This document shows, piece after piece, positions 1-8,069 of a DNA stretch of 64,000 bases. The DNA is taken from positions 224,001 to 288,000 of the forward strand of contig CAWGXH010000003.1 in NCBI GenBank assembly GCA_963826525.1, read 5' to 3'. The notes beneath the pieces were generated by a model, which searched no databases, was not told the origin of the DNA, and worked only from the letters and a program-made list of their open reading frames with translations. The first letter of the stretch is position 1, and every line of letters begins with the position of its first letter. This stretch comes from an uncultured Methanomicrobiaceae archaeon (GTDB lineage Archaea; Halobacteriota; Methanomicrobia; Methanomicrobiales; Methanoculleaceae). Position numbers and translations under genes: made by a program.

Positions 1-412
1 CGAACCTGATGGTGATCTCGACCGGCACCTCGGCTCCGCCTGATGTGAGGAGATCTGCGGTCACCATCTGCTGCCGCCGAGCTCGGTTCTTCCCGGACGA
101 GAGGATCTCGATGACCCAAGGGCGGCTTGCCGGCGCGATCAGGCTGCAGAACGGTATCTGCATCAGATCGTCGCGCTCGTAGCCGAGTTGCACCCAGGCT
201 GATTCGTTTGCATCGACAAGAAGGCCTGTCCGGGCATCGATGAGAAATATGGCATCGTTTGCCTGGTCCAGGAGTGCACGAAACCGTTCGAGCTCGGCGA
301 GGCGTTCCTGCAGCTCGGGGTAGTAACTCTTGTGGATCGAGTGCTCCCCGAGTCCGATGATACGCCGACGGAGCGCATCCCAGTCAGGTTCCTGATCAGA
401 GCGCTGCTGCAT
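1..412 (-). CDS. ErcS-like PAS sensor protein (probable histidine kinase), 5' part only; runs off window
   Basis: Not in the ORF track. Manual translation from ATG 412: MQQRSDQEPDWDALRRRIIGLGEHSIHKSYYPELQERLAELERFRALLDQANDAIFLID. The GLGExSxxKSYYPEL motif is typical of sensors encoded after ercA, and a PAS domain follows. Overlaps the ercA 3' end. Confidence 0.75.
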   Translation of the reverse strand, partial: MQQRSDQEPDWDALRRRIIGLGEHSIHKSYYPELQERLAELERFRALLDQANDAIFLIDARTGLLVDANESAWVQLGYERDDLMQIPFCSLIAPASRPWVIEILSSGKNRARRQQMVTADLLTSGGAEVPVEITIRF

Positions 413-1577
413 AGATCTCCTCAATCTCTTTCAGTTCCAGTCTCCGCGGATTGGTTGCCATGCAGGGGTCGATGAGCGCACGTTTCGCAAGATCCGGGAG
501 ATCGCCAGGTCTTACCCCGAGATCGGAGAGCGTCGCATCGATGCCGAGCGATCGGCGGAAATCGCCGATGGCACGGGTGAGAGCCTTCTGCCGTTCAGTC
601 CCGGGCAACCTGTCCGGCTGCAGCCCCATTGTCCGGGCGATCTCGTCGAACCGGTCGGGCACCGCGGCGTAGTTGTAGCCGACCACGTGCTCCAGGAGAA
701 TGGCGTTGCACCGTCCGTGTGGCAGGTCGAGAAGACCGCCGAGGCTGTGTGACATGGCGTGCCCGGCCCCGAGGCTCGCGTTCGAGAAAGCGAGTCCGGC
801 GTGCAGGCTCCCGAGCATCGTCCGGTAGCGTGTCCGCAGGTCTTCGGGGGCACTGAGAGCGTCCGGAAGGGCGGATATCTGCAGCCGGATGGCCTGCATC
901 GCGTGCAGGTCTGTTACCGACGAGCTCGCGTTCGAGACATATGCTTCAATCGCATGAGCGAGGGCGTCCACCCCGGTGTCGACGGTCAGTGTCGTATCCA
1001 TCGTGGTGAGCGGAAGCGGGTCGAGGAGGGAGATGTCCGGAACCAGCGTCTTGCTGATGATCGCAACCTTCCGCCGCTCCTCTTCATTCGTGATGATGGC
1101 GAACTGCGAGACGTCTGCAGAACTTCCGGCGGTCGTCGGAACGCAGATGAGCGGGGGACCGGGCAGAAGCACCCGGTCGACCCCCTCGAACGTCAGGATG
1201 TGGCGCCGGTTGGAGTTGACGATCCCGATTCCCTTCGCGCAGTCCATGGGACTGCCGCCGCCGACGGCAACAAGCCCCTGGCATTCCGCCGCACGGTAGA
1301 CCTCTGCGCCGGTCATCACCTCGCCTGCCCGTGGATTTGGGGAGACGCGGTCGAAGATCTCGTAGGAGAGGCCGGCCTCATCGAGGCTGCCGCAGACGCA
1401 GTCGGCCCACCCTGCCCTCGTCACTCCGGCATCGGTGACGAGCAGCACCTTTCTCAGGCCGAAATTGCGGGCGTACCGTCCGGCGAGCTCCAGTGCGCCG
1501 CGGCCGAATATGAACTCGGGAGCGAAGAATTTTTTCAGTTCGAGTTCGTCTCTCACGAGCATGGACACAATCTCCAC
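396..1577 (-). CDS. ercA: Iron-containing alcohol dehydrogenase-like regulatory protein (ErcA family)
   Basis: KKFFAPEFIFG N-terminus, GGGSPMDCAK, PTTAGSSADVSQF, metal ligands DALAH / HAMSH / HG; coupled to the ErcS-like sensor. Start may be 1562. Confidence 0.8.
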   Translation of the reverse strand: MEIVSMLVRDELELKKFFAPEFIFGRGALELAGRYARNFGLRKVLLVTDAGVTRAGWADCVCGSLDEAGLSYEIFDRVSPNPRAGEVMTGAEVYRAAECQGLVAVGGGSPMDCAKGIGIVNSNRRHILTFEGVDRVLLPGPPLICVPTTAGSSADVSQFAIITNEEERRKVAIISKTLVPDISLLDPLPLTTMDTTLTVDTGVDALAHAIEAYVSNASSSVTDLHAMQAIRLQISALPDALSAPEDLRTRYRTMLGSLHAGLAFSNASLGAGHAMSHSLGGLLDLPHGRCNAILLEHVVGYNYAAVPDRFDEIARTMGLQPDRLPGTERQKALTRAIGDFRRSLGIDATLSDLGVRPGDLPDLAKRALIDPCMATNPRRLELKEIEEIYAAAL

Positions 1578-1753
1578 CCGCGAGGGATCGTGACGGTCCC
1601 CCAGCGATGGAATTCATCCCCGTTATCCACATATATACATTAGCCCCTCCCGAATTTACCGCTCAGCTACGCTCTGAATCAGGTTCTTTCGGTTAGTCCT
1701 CGCGAAAATGTTCGCCCCTATCAGAGGTACGTTCAGAACGATGAATTTTGTGA

Positions 1754-1911
1754 CAGAGAGCCTTGCATTGCGGTGCATCGCCCGAAGGGCGAACGCTTCC
1801 TTGGCTAATGTGAAGATATCCCCGATCAGGGATCCTACCGTGGATACTCCTCCCATCTCTCCGATGGCTGTGATGGGAGACGGTGGCGAGCGGATAATGC
1901 AAACTGCTCTG
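1754..1911 (+). ncRNA. Candidate structured RNA (nested multi-stem), family unknown
   Basis: Nested complementary segments: 1754-1769/1896-1911, 1778-1783/1787-1792, 1794-1798/1888-1892, 1818-1822/1829-1833, 1835-1841/1880-1886, 1850-1857/1872-1879. No credible ORF. Confidence 0.35.
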
Positions 1912-2064
1912 CAGATCCTATGGAAATCGCTTTTAAAACGGAAACGGAAGCCGGATTGCCGATTTTCACCTATCGAGCCTGCGGCCGGTGTGGCCTCATC
2001 GGTGGTTTTGGGCTCTCACTCCGGTTTCCCTCTGCCCTGTGGGGCGTCCCCCTCCGCCCAGAAA

Positions 2065-2335
2065 TGCGGTCAAATTGGCGTTATTTCCGGTTTTACGCCT
2101 GCTTCCGGAGGCCGGATCCTGCCGCCGCAGGGAACCCGTGCATGTCGCGCCGATTGCGAAAACAATAAGAATCCTTGAGGTATATTGGCCGTATGAGCGG
2201 CGGTAATTTTTCGAGGGTGGATACCCTGCCTCGACCCGAGATCGGCCGTCTGTGGGCTTCTGTGAGGGCGGTCTTTTCGGCGGATTTTGCCCGGATTACG
2301 GGTATTTAAGGATTGCTTAACCGAACAGCAGCCTT
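2065..2335 (-). repeat. Dispersed non-coding repeat, module B, copy 1
   Basis: Reverse complement (...CCCTCACAGAAGCCCACAGACGGCCGATCTCGGG...AAAATTACCGCCGCTCATACGGCC) aligns with 45470-45740 and 48265-48530. Confidence 0.85.
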
Positions 2336-2339
2336 GATG

Positions 2340-2550
2340 TATGCGCAGGCCTGAGCCGGTGATGCGAGCGGCGGGCAGGAGCAGCCGTCACGCTGCTAGG
2401 CCGTGCCGAGCGAGGGAGGGCGCCGGCGATCCCATACACCGGGAAGAACCAGGGCGATGTTCTGCAGCGACCACCGGGAGCAAGCTCGCCCGCGACGCCG
2501 CCCGAAAAAGAAGAGACCTCCCCATCATTCCCGGTGAGGAAGTCCGCCGC
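2340..2550 (-). repeat. Dispersed non-coding repeat, module A, copy 1
   Basis: Reverse complement (GGCGGACTTCCTCACCGGG...GGCTGCTCCTGCCCGCCGCTCGCATCACCGGCT) aligns with 47910-48110. Confidence 0.85.
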
Positions 2551-2553
2551 GGC

Positions 2554-2598
2554 CCGGATCACGTCGACCGCCGACCCGTCGCGGATCTGCCGGAGCCA
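2554..2598 (+). repeat. 45-bp imperfect direct repeat, left copy
   Basis: CCGGATCACGTCGACCGCCGACCCGTCGCGGATCTGCCGGAGCCA; 41/45 identical to 5258-5302. Confidence 0.8.
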
Positions 2599-2728
2599 TC
2601 CCGGCGTTGGTAGGCCGCGGAGTTCTCGAGCACCGGCAGATCGGTGCCGGTCATGGCGCAGAGGAATGCAAGATCTCCGCCGTTAAGGTTTCATGTGTTT
2701 TGCGGTCGAAAAAGGTATGGAAACGTCG

Positions 2729-2962
2729 TTATTTTTGGATCGACATAAGATCTTCAGCCGCGTCTTTCATGTATTTGTAAGAATCATACACGCCCTGGTT
2801 GTAAAACTCCGGTGCTAATTTTTCCAGTATAAAATCCAACATCAGGCCCGCAGCCAGATCGCCGATCTCTTCTTCTTTCTCTTTCGAAAAATAGCCTTTT
2901 ATCTCAGAGACCATGTCGTTCCTTCTCTCTTTCGTCACTTTGATGGAATTTTCATTTTTCAT
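2729..2962 (-). CDS. DUF2164 family protein
   Basis: 77 aa, EEEIGDLAAGLMLDFILEKLAPEFYNQGVYD motif; AT-rich relative to flanks. Confidence 0.8.
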   Translation of the reverse strand: MKNENSIKVTKERRNDMVSEIKGYFSKEKEEEIGDLAAGLMLDFILEKLAPEFYNQGVYDSYKYMKDAAEDLMSIQK

Positions 2963-3117
2963 TCAGATCATCCTCCTTAAAATCGCTACCGTTTTCATAA
3001 AAATCCTCTTAAGCACGGTCAGGCCGGCGGCACGTGCGAGGCGAGGATGAAATACCCTGCCCCGGCTGTTCTTGTACCTTTTTCCGAGGAGCGGCTTCGC
3101 CTCATCGAACCGGCTCG

Positions 3118-3864
3118 TCACAGCACCGACAGGAAATCCTCGCAGACTCGCCGAATGGTTCCCTCGTCCATTCGTTCGTATTTGTCCCGGGCATCGTCCG
3201 AATCGGGCAATCTCTCGATGCATCCCTTCAGGAAGGCATGGTGGTTCAGCATCTCGCCGAGGAGGTCGAGATCGAGATCGTGCCCGCCGTGCTCCGGGTC
3301 TAGCAGAGCCAGGACGTCGGCATTGTCTTTGACGAGTTTCGAGTACTCCCATTCGAGGTCGGACGATCTTCCCAGTTCGTAGCGGAACGAGCGATCCCAG
3401 ACGGCTTTCAGCTTCATGATCAGGAGCGCTCCGCGTGTCGGTACGGCCATTCGGACACCGCCTCTGATGGGCATGATGACGGCATAGTCGTCGAGGAAGT
3501 CGAGCACAAGTTCTCCCCGGCCGCCTTCGAACGGACCCGGCCGTTCTCTCGAGTAGAAGTCGAGGATGATGGTTTCCGAACCGGATTCTTTTTCCACGGT
3601 CTTATGGTGGGTGTATCGCTTGTAGTGGAACCCCTCGTGGTGAACGAGATGGTTCATCAGGCTTCCCCGTGTCTTGCTGTTGGTGACGAGGTCGATGTCC
3701 ACGGAACCGACGTACGGATTGTATGCATCGACCGCCCAGCCTCCGATAAGGATCGTCGTCGGATTGGGCGAGTCTCCTTCACGCTCGGCGACCCAGGCGA
3801 CGATCTTTCGGAGTTCGGCAAGAGAGCGCTCGACAACCTCCTGGCTCGGGTTATAGAGCGTCAA
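3118..3864 (-). CDS. Pol-beta-superfamily nucleotidyltransferase, AbiEii-like (type IV TA toxin candidate)
   Basis: ILIGGWAV...SVDIDL motif, LLIMKLKA and KDNADV C-terminal motifs; likely TTG start at 3864 overlapping the upstream gene end. Confidence 0.7.
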   Translation of the reverse strand: MTLYNPSQEVVERSLAELRKIVAWVAEREGDSPNPTTILIGGWAVDAYNPYVGSVDIDLVTNSKTRGSLMNHLVHHEGFHYKRYTHHKTVEKESGSETIILDFYSRERPGPFEGGRGELVLDFLDDYAVIMPIRGGVRMAVPTRGALLIMKLKAVWDRSFRYELGRSSDLEWEYSKLVKDNADVLALLDPEHGGHDLDLDLLGEMLNHHAFLKGCIERLPDSDDARDKYERMDEGTIRRVCEDFLSVL

Positions 3865-4883
3865 ACCTATCCACCATCGCTTTGGTGAGATCCATCGCGC
3901 TGTACCCGAATCCTGCAAGGTCGAGCAGGGTTTGTGCAGGGGATACGATGGTGATGCCCTCTTTCTGTTGCGTGTCGGTAAAGACGTCCCTGTCCGGTAC
4001 GTAGATCCATGCCCGTATACTGTTCCGGTTCGGCTCATCGAAGGACGTTTTGAAGATCTCGGTGAAGAGGTCGAGGTTTTTCTTATTGAGGTAGAGGTAG
4101 ACTGCGTCCTGGCGGACCGCATACCCCGTGTAGAGCCCGCCGGCGGTGTAGCCCGTGAAGGCGAACGGCACGTTCTGCTCGGAGAGCATGGAGGTGATGT
4201 CCCTCGCTGCCGGAATCGATCCGTCGAACTGTATCGGGATCTCCGCGATGTTCAGGTTCTTCATCGGCCGCTCCCAGGCGATGCCGTTCAGGAGTTTTTT
4301 CACATCGCTGATCTGAACGTAGTCTGTCGTTCTTCTTTGCGATGTTCTGGTTCATGAGCATCTCCACGGTTTTGTGTGCCCAGCCGTAGGAGACATTCTC
4401 CTGCAGTGCCAGCTGCCGGATGGACGTGCTCTTCTCTTTGAGCAGGCGGGATACGATCTTCCAGGATTTCTCAGAGGTGATCTTGCTCTTCGATGGCTTG
4501 AACTCGTCTTTCAGGGGTGGGCCGAGCGTCCAGGGGAGTTTTATCACCCGGATGCCGAGTTCCCGTGCGAGCTCTTCTTCCCGTGGGCGAATGGTCCTGG
4601 CAGCGATGACCATCTCGACCGGTGGCCGGTCGAGTCCCCGTCGATGCCAGATCTCCCGCAAGAGCTGCATTCGAGCAATCGTGTCGATCGATGCGACGTT
4701 CGCTTTTACCTCGACGAAGTAGAGCTGCTTGTCTTCTTTGAATACGATATCCGGCTGCAGTGGCAGTTCCATGCAGAGCGTATCGTACAGATTTCCGGTA
4801 TCAACGGTTTCGGCTCCTGGTGGCAGGCCGAGTGCGTCTCGGATGAACAGAGCGACTTCCGGAGACTGTTCTGTCAGAATCAT
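3851..4883 (-). CDS. AbiEi-like antitoxin/transcriptional regulator with N-terminal PD-(D/E)xK-like domain and HTH (split by frameshift near 4320)
   Basis: ORFs 4083-4892 + 3851-4303. QPDIVF...FVEVK motif, HTH SIRQLALQENVSYGWAHKTVEML, C-terminal FAFTGYTAG and IVSPAQTLLDL typical of AbiEi_2-like antitoxins. Confidence 0.65.
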
Positions 4884-4886
4884 AGT

Positions 4887-4972
4887 TATCACTATATGGT
4901 GATATGTATTTATAATTATCAGTGATATGTATCACCATTAGGTGATACGTAAATAAATGTATCAGTGATAGG
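4887..4972. promoter_or_regulatory. Tandem 2x43-bp repeat containing TATCAC-N6-GTGATA and TATCAGTGATA palindromes; probable autoregulatory operator/promoter
   Basis: 4887 TATCACTATATGGTGATATGTATTTATAATTATCAGTGATATG vs 4930 TATCACCATTAGGTGATACGTAAATAAATGTATCAGTGATAGG; directly upstream of the antitoxin start. Confidence 0.75.
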
Positions 4973-5130
4973 CGGTCAGGACGTGAGCCGTTCCTGCCTG
5001 CTCTTCCTGTATCCGCTCGAGCAGCATGCTCGCGGGTTCGTATTTCCGCTGAGTGAGTTCCGCTTCGGTGGGCACGAGTTCGCCCCTGAAGGCTCTGGTG
5101 AGAATGGCTTCGGTAAGTCGGTCGACCCAG
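4962..5130 (-). pseudogene. hsdS: C-terminal remnant of type I restriction-modification specificity subunit
   Basis: DRLTEAILTRAFRGELVPTEAEL...YEPASMLLERI matches the HsdS C-terminal signature; no TRD upstream. Confidence 0.7.
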
Positions 5131-5257
5131 GGGGGGGCGACGCCACCCTCGCGATCGCGATGGGCGGCGAGGCCGTCCGCGATGCCTATTCGTGCCAGCT
5201 CACGTGCCACGATCCGTCCGGCGAGATCACTTCCGTCACGTTCAGCCGGGACGTGCT

Positions 5258-5302
5258 CCGGATCACATCGACCGCCGAGCCGTCGCGGATCTGCTGCAGC
5301 CA
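5258..5302 (+). repeat. 45-bp imperfect direct repeat, right copy
   Basis: CCGGATCACATCGACCGCCGAGCCGTCGCGGATCTGCTGCAGCCA; see 2554-2598. Confidence 0.8.
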
Positions 5303-5420
5303 CCGGCGGAGGTCGCGGTAAGGGATCGCGTCGGTGAACGAGAGGGGCGCCCGGAAGGGTTAAGGGGTCAGAATACAGGCATATAAACATTTACTCGGGG
5401 ATTTGAACCCAAAAACAAAA

Positions 5421-5493
5421 AGCCCCAGCCGAGATTTGAACTCGGGGCCTGCTGATTACAAGTCAGCCGCTCTGCCAGCTAAGCCACTGGGGC
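5421..5493 (-). tRNA. tRNA-Thr(TGT)
   Basis: GCCCCAGTGGCTTAGCTGGCAGAGCGGCTGACTTGTAATCAGCAGGCCCCGAGTTCAAATCTCGGCTGGGGCT; cloverleaf, anticodon TGT, no encoded CCA, T-rich tail. Confidence 0.97.
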
Positions 5494-5543
5494 GCAGCAT
5501 ATACGTTGGTCTTCCCGGATAAAAAGGATGGTGTTTGCAGGGG

Positions 5544-5816
5544 CTATCCCTCGCTGCTCCCGGCGGGAGATCGCTCCCGGCTCCAGACGACCCGATCGCC
5601 GTACCGGATCTCCGTCAGCCGGTGGTACGGGATGCAGGTTATGCGGTCGCCGGCGTCGACCTCGAAGTAGTAGGCGTCGAGCCCGCGGATCTGCCCGCCG
5701 TCGACGGAAGAGACGTCCCCCGGAGCGCCCCGGTTGACGTAGGTCAGTGAGACGAGGGCAAAGTCGCATGCCGGATCGTGGTAGAGCCGCAGCAGCAGGC
5801 GGTGACTTGTTCGCAT
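5544..5816 (-). CDS. DUF504 / MJ1316-like RNA-repair domain small protein
   Basis: MRTSHRLLLRLYHDP...Y.NRGAPGD...IPYHRL..I..GDRVVWSR. Confidence 0.75.
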   Translation of the reverse strand: MRTSHRLLLRLYHDPACDFALVSLTYVNRGAPGDVSSVDGGQIRGLDAYYFEVDAGDRITCIPYHRLTEIRYGDRVVWSRERSPAGSSEG

Positions 5817-5971
5817 ACGTTCGTGCCCCGTGGGAGACTCGCTCTCCTTTCGTTTAATACCCCCGGTCGCCTCTGCCGTGCGGATCACGCCGCTCCGGTC
5901 GGGCGGATGCGGGTGGGGATCATCCTTAAGTCGAGGTTGTGCTAGAAGAGGGCACAGATCAGGATCTGTCT

Positions 5972-6763
5972 ATGTCCTGTGGAGACCCTACCGCTCCGGC
6001 CGACGACGAAGTCGCGATATCGGTTATCGTACCCGCACGGAACGAGGCAGCGACCATCGGGACCTGCCTTCGTTCCCTCTCCGAGCAGCGGCTGGAACGG
6101 GAGACCTACGAGATCATCGTGGTGGACGGGGATTCCTCGGACGAGACCTGCGATATCGCCGGGCGTCATGCAGACTGTGTGGTCGCTCAAGGTCGGAAGG
6201 GCATCGGCGGCGCCCGGAAAGACGGCGTGGATGCGGCCTCAGGCCGGGTGCTCGTCTTCACCGATGCCGATACGTCTCCCGCGCCGACGTGGCTCACGGC
6301 CATCGCCGAGAATCTGCTCGTGAACGGCTACGATGCCAGCACCGGCCCGATACGCTTCTGCGAAAGAACCATGCGCTCGGAGATCCTCCAGATCTGGCGC
6401 AAACAGTACCACCTCTTTCACATCTTCAACTACTACCGGCTGATCGGCTCGAACATCGCCATCACCCGCCAGGCATACGACCGGATCAGCGGGCACCGCG
6501 ACATCTCGCTTCTCGAAGACTACGATCTCTCGCTCCGGATGTTCCGCGAAGGCTCGATATTCTGCAACTATGACCCCCGCCAGATCGTCTACACCTCGAG
6601 CAGGCGGATCTGCAATCTCTTCAGTTACATGCTCGTCTACCTCTACGGCCAGTACCACTACCACGTCACCCGGGACTATACCCGCCTGCTGCAGTATCCC
6701 CGGTTCGACGAGATGAGCCTCAAGGTGATGCTCGAGCACCTCGCCGAGAATGCGGAAGAGTGA
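5972..6763 (+). CDS. Glycosyltransferase family 2
   Basis: SVIVPARNEA, IIVVDGDSSD, FTDAD (DxD), LEDYDL. Confidence 0.9.
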   Translation: MSCGDPTAPADDEVAISVIVPARNEAATIGTCLRSLSEQRLERETYEIIVVDGDSSDETCDIAGRHADCVVAQGRKGIGGARKDGVDAASGRVLVFTDADTSPAPTWLTAIAENLLVNGYDASTGPIRFCERTMRSEILQIWRKQYHLFHIFNYYRLIGSNIAITRQAYDRISGHRDISLLEDYDLSLRMFREGSIFCNYDPRQIVYTSSRRICNLFSYMLVYLYGQYHYHVTRDYTRLLQYPRFDEMSLKVMLEHLAENAEE

Positions 6764-6837
6764 GCGGGCGGCTCCGCACCCCGCTCCTTGCGGCGAATAA
6801 CAAACTCATTATGCAGTGATGACAAGAGTGTACCACG

Positions 6838-8064
6838 ATGGCTCACCTCACCGTTGATATCGGCGGTCGCCCCGGCCTTGACTGCAGAGGGTTCTGCGAC
6901 TACTGCTACTTCAAACACGTCTCCGGTGTCCGGTCGCTCGGGTGCCGCTACTGCCTTCCCTTCAAAGTGGGATGCGACTACTGCACCCGCGGCGTCCGGG
7001 AGATCTACGAAGGGTTCAAGGATCTCAGGACCGTGGCGGACGAGACGCTGGCAAACCTCAGCATCCGCGGCGACGACATCGACCGGATCACCATCAGCGG
7101 CGGGGGCGATCCGAGCTGCTACCCGCACTTTGCCGACCTCGTCGACCTGCTCTCCTCCATGGAAGCACCGCTCCATATCGGCTATACGAGCGGGAAGGGG
7201 TTCGACGACCCCGGCGTTGCCGACCTCTTGATCGACGGCGGGCTCTCGGAAGTCTCGTACACGGTCTTTGCGTCCGACCCGGCGCTCCGGAAGCGCTGGA
7301 TGCACGACCCCACCCCCGAGGCCTCGCTGAAGGTGCTGGAGCGGCTCGCCGAGGAGATCGACGTCTACGCTGCTGCGGTGGTCGTCCCCGGCGTCAACGA
7401 CGGCGAGGTTCTCGAGGAGACCTGCGACTGGCTGGAAGGGTGCGGGGTGAAAGGGCTCATCCTGATGCGGTTTGCAAACACGACCGAGCAGGGGCTGATC
7501 CTCGGCAACGCTCCCATCCTGAAGGGGCAGCAGGTGCATACGGTGCGGGAATTCGAGGAGATCGTCAGCGGCGCTGCCGAACGGCACGCTCTGAAGATAA
7601 GCGGAACGCCGCTTCTCGATGCGGAGATCGGCTCGCCGTTCGCCATCCTCCACGAACCCGATCTCTTAAAGAAGCTCCCTCGCGTCAGGAAGCAGGCGAC
7701 CGTCATCACCGGAAGCGTCGCGGCGCCGTTCATCCAGCGGGTGCTGCAGATCCGCGGCTACCAGTCCCGGGTCGTCAAGGTGAAGAAGGATATCGCCTGC
7801 CTGATCACCATCGACGATCTCCGCGCCCTCGACCTAAAGCGCCTTGAGGATGTCGTGATCATCCCGGGCAGGGCGTTCGTGCACGATAAAGAGGCGCAGG
7901 AGGTCCTTTCAGCCGATGGCACCTACCGTGAGGTGGTGCGCGGCCCTGATACGCTGACGGCCGATGCCGAGACCAGCATGGGGATGACGAAGGCTCAGGT
8001 TCTGCAGATGGAGCTCGACGGGTTTGCCGCCCTGATCAACATTATCAATCTTCACGGGAGATGA
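6838..8064 (+). CDS. mmp10: Methyl-coenzyme M reductase arginine methyltransferase Mmp10 (methanogenesis marker 10; radical SAM, cobalamin-dependent)
   Basis: DIGGRPGLDCRGFCDYCYFK (CX3CX2C), second CRYC...CDYC Fe site, C-terminal PGRAFVHD/GPDTLTADAETS. Confidence 0.9.
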   Translation: MAHLTVDIGGRPGLDCRGFCDYCYFKHVSGVRSLGCRYCLPFKVGCDYCTRGVREIYEGFKDLRTVADETLANLSIRGDDIDRITISGGGDPSCYPHFADLVDLLSSMEAPLHIGYTSGKGFDDPGVADLLIDGGLSEVSYTVFASDPALRKRWMHDPTPEASLKVLERLAEEIDVYAAAVVVPGVNDGEVLEETCDWLEGCGVKGLILMRFANTTEQGLILGNAPILKGQQVHTVREFEEIVSGAAERHALKISGTPLLDAEIGSPFAILHEPDLLKKLPRVRKQATVITGSVAAPFIQRVLQIRGYQSRVVKVKKDIACLITIDDLRALDLKRLEDVVIIPGRAFVHDKEAQEVLSADGTYREVVRGPDTLTADAETSMGMTKAQVLQMELDGFAALINIINLHGR

Positions 8065-8069
8065 CGCTC

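Noticed and set aside
2530-2550. GAGGAAGTCC (module A) and ACAGAAGCC (module B) resembling RNase P RNA P4 strands
   Set aside because: The two motifs lie on opposite strands and the element is multi-copy.
3865-4122. N-terminal extension of the nucleotidyltransferase ORF
   Set aside because: Overlaps the antitoxin in another frame; TTG 3864 is the more plausible start.
4887-4972. Possible mini-CRISPR
   Set aside because: Only two tandem units, no unique spacers, no cas genes; it fits an operator.
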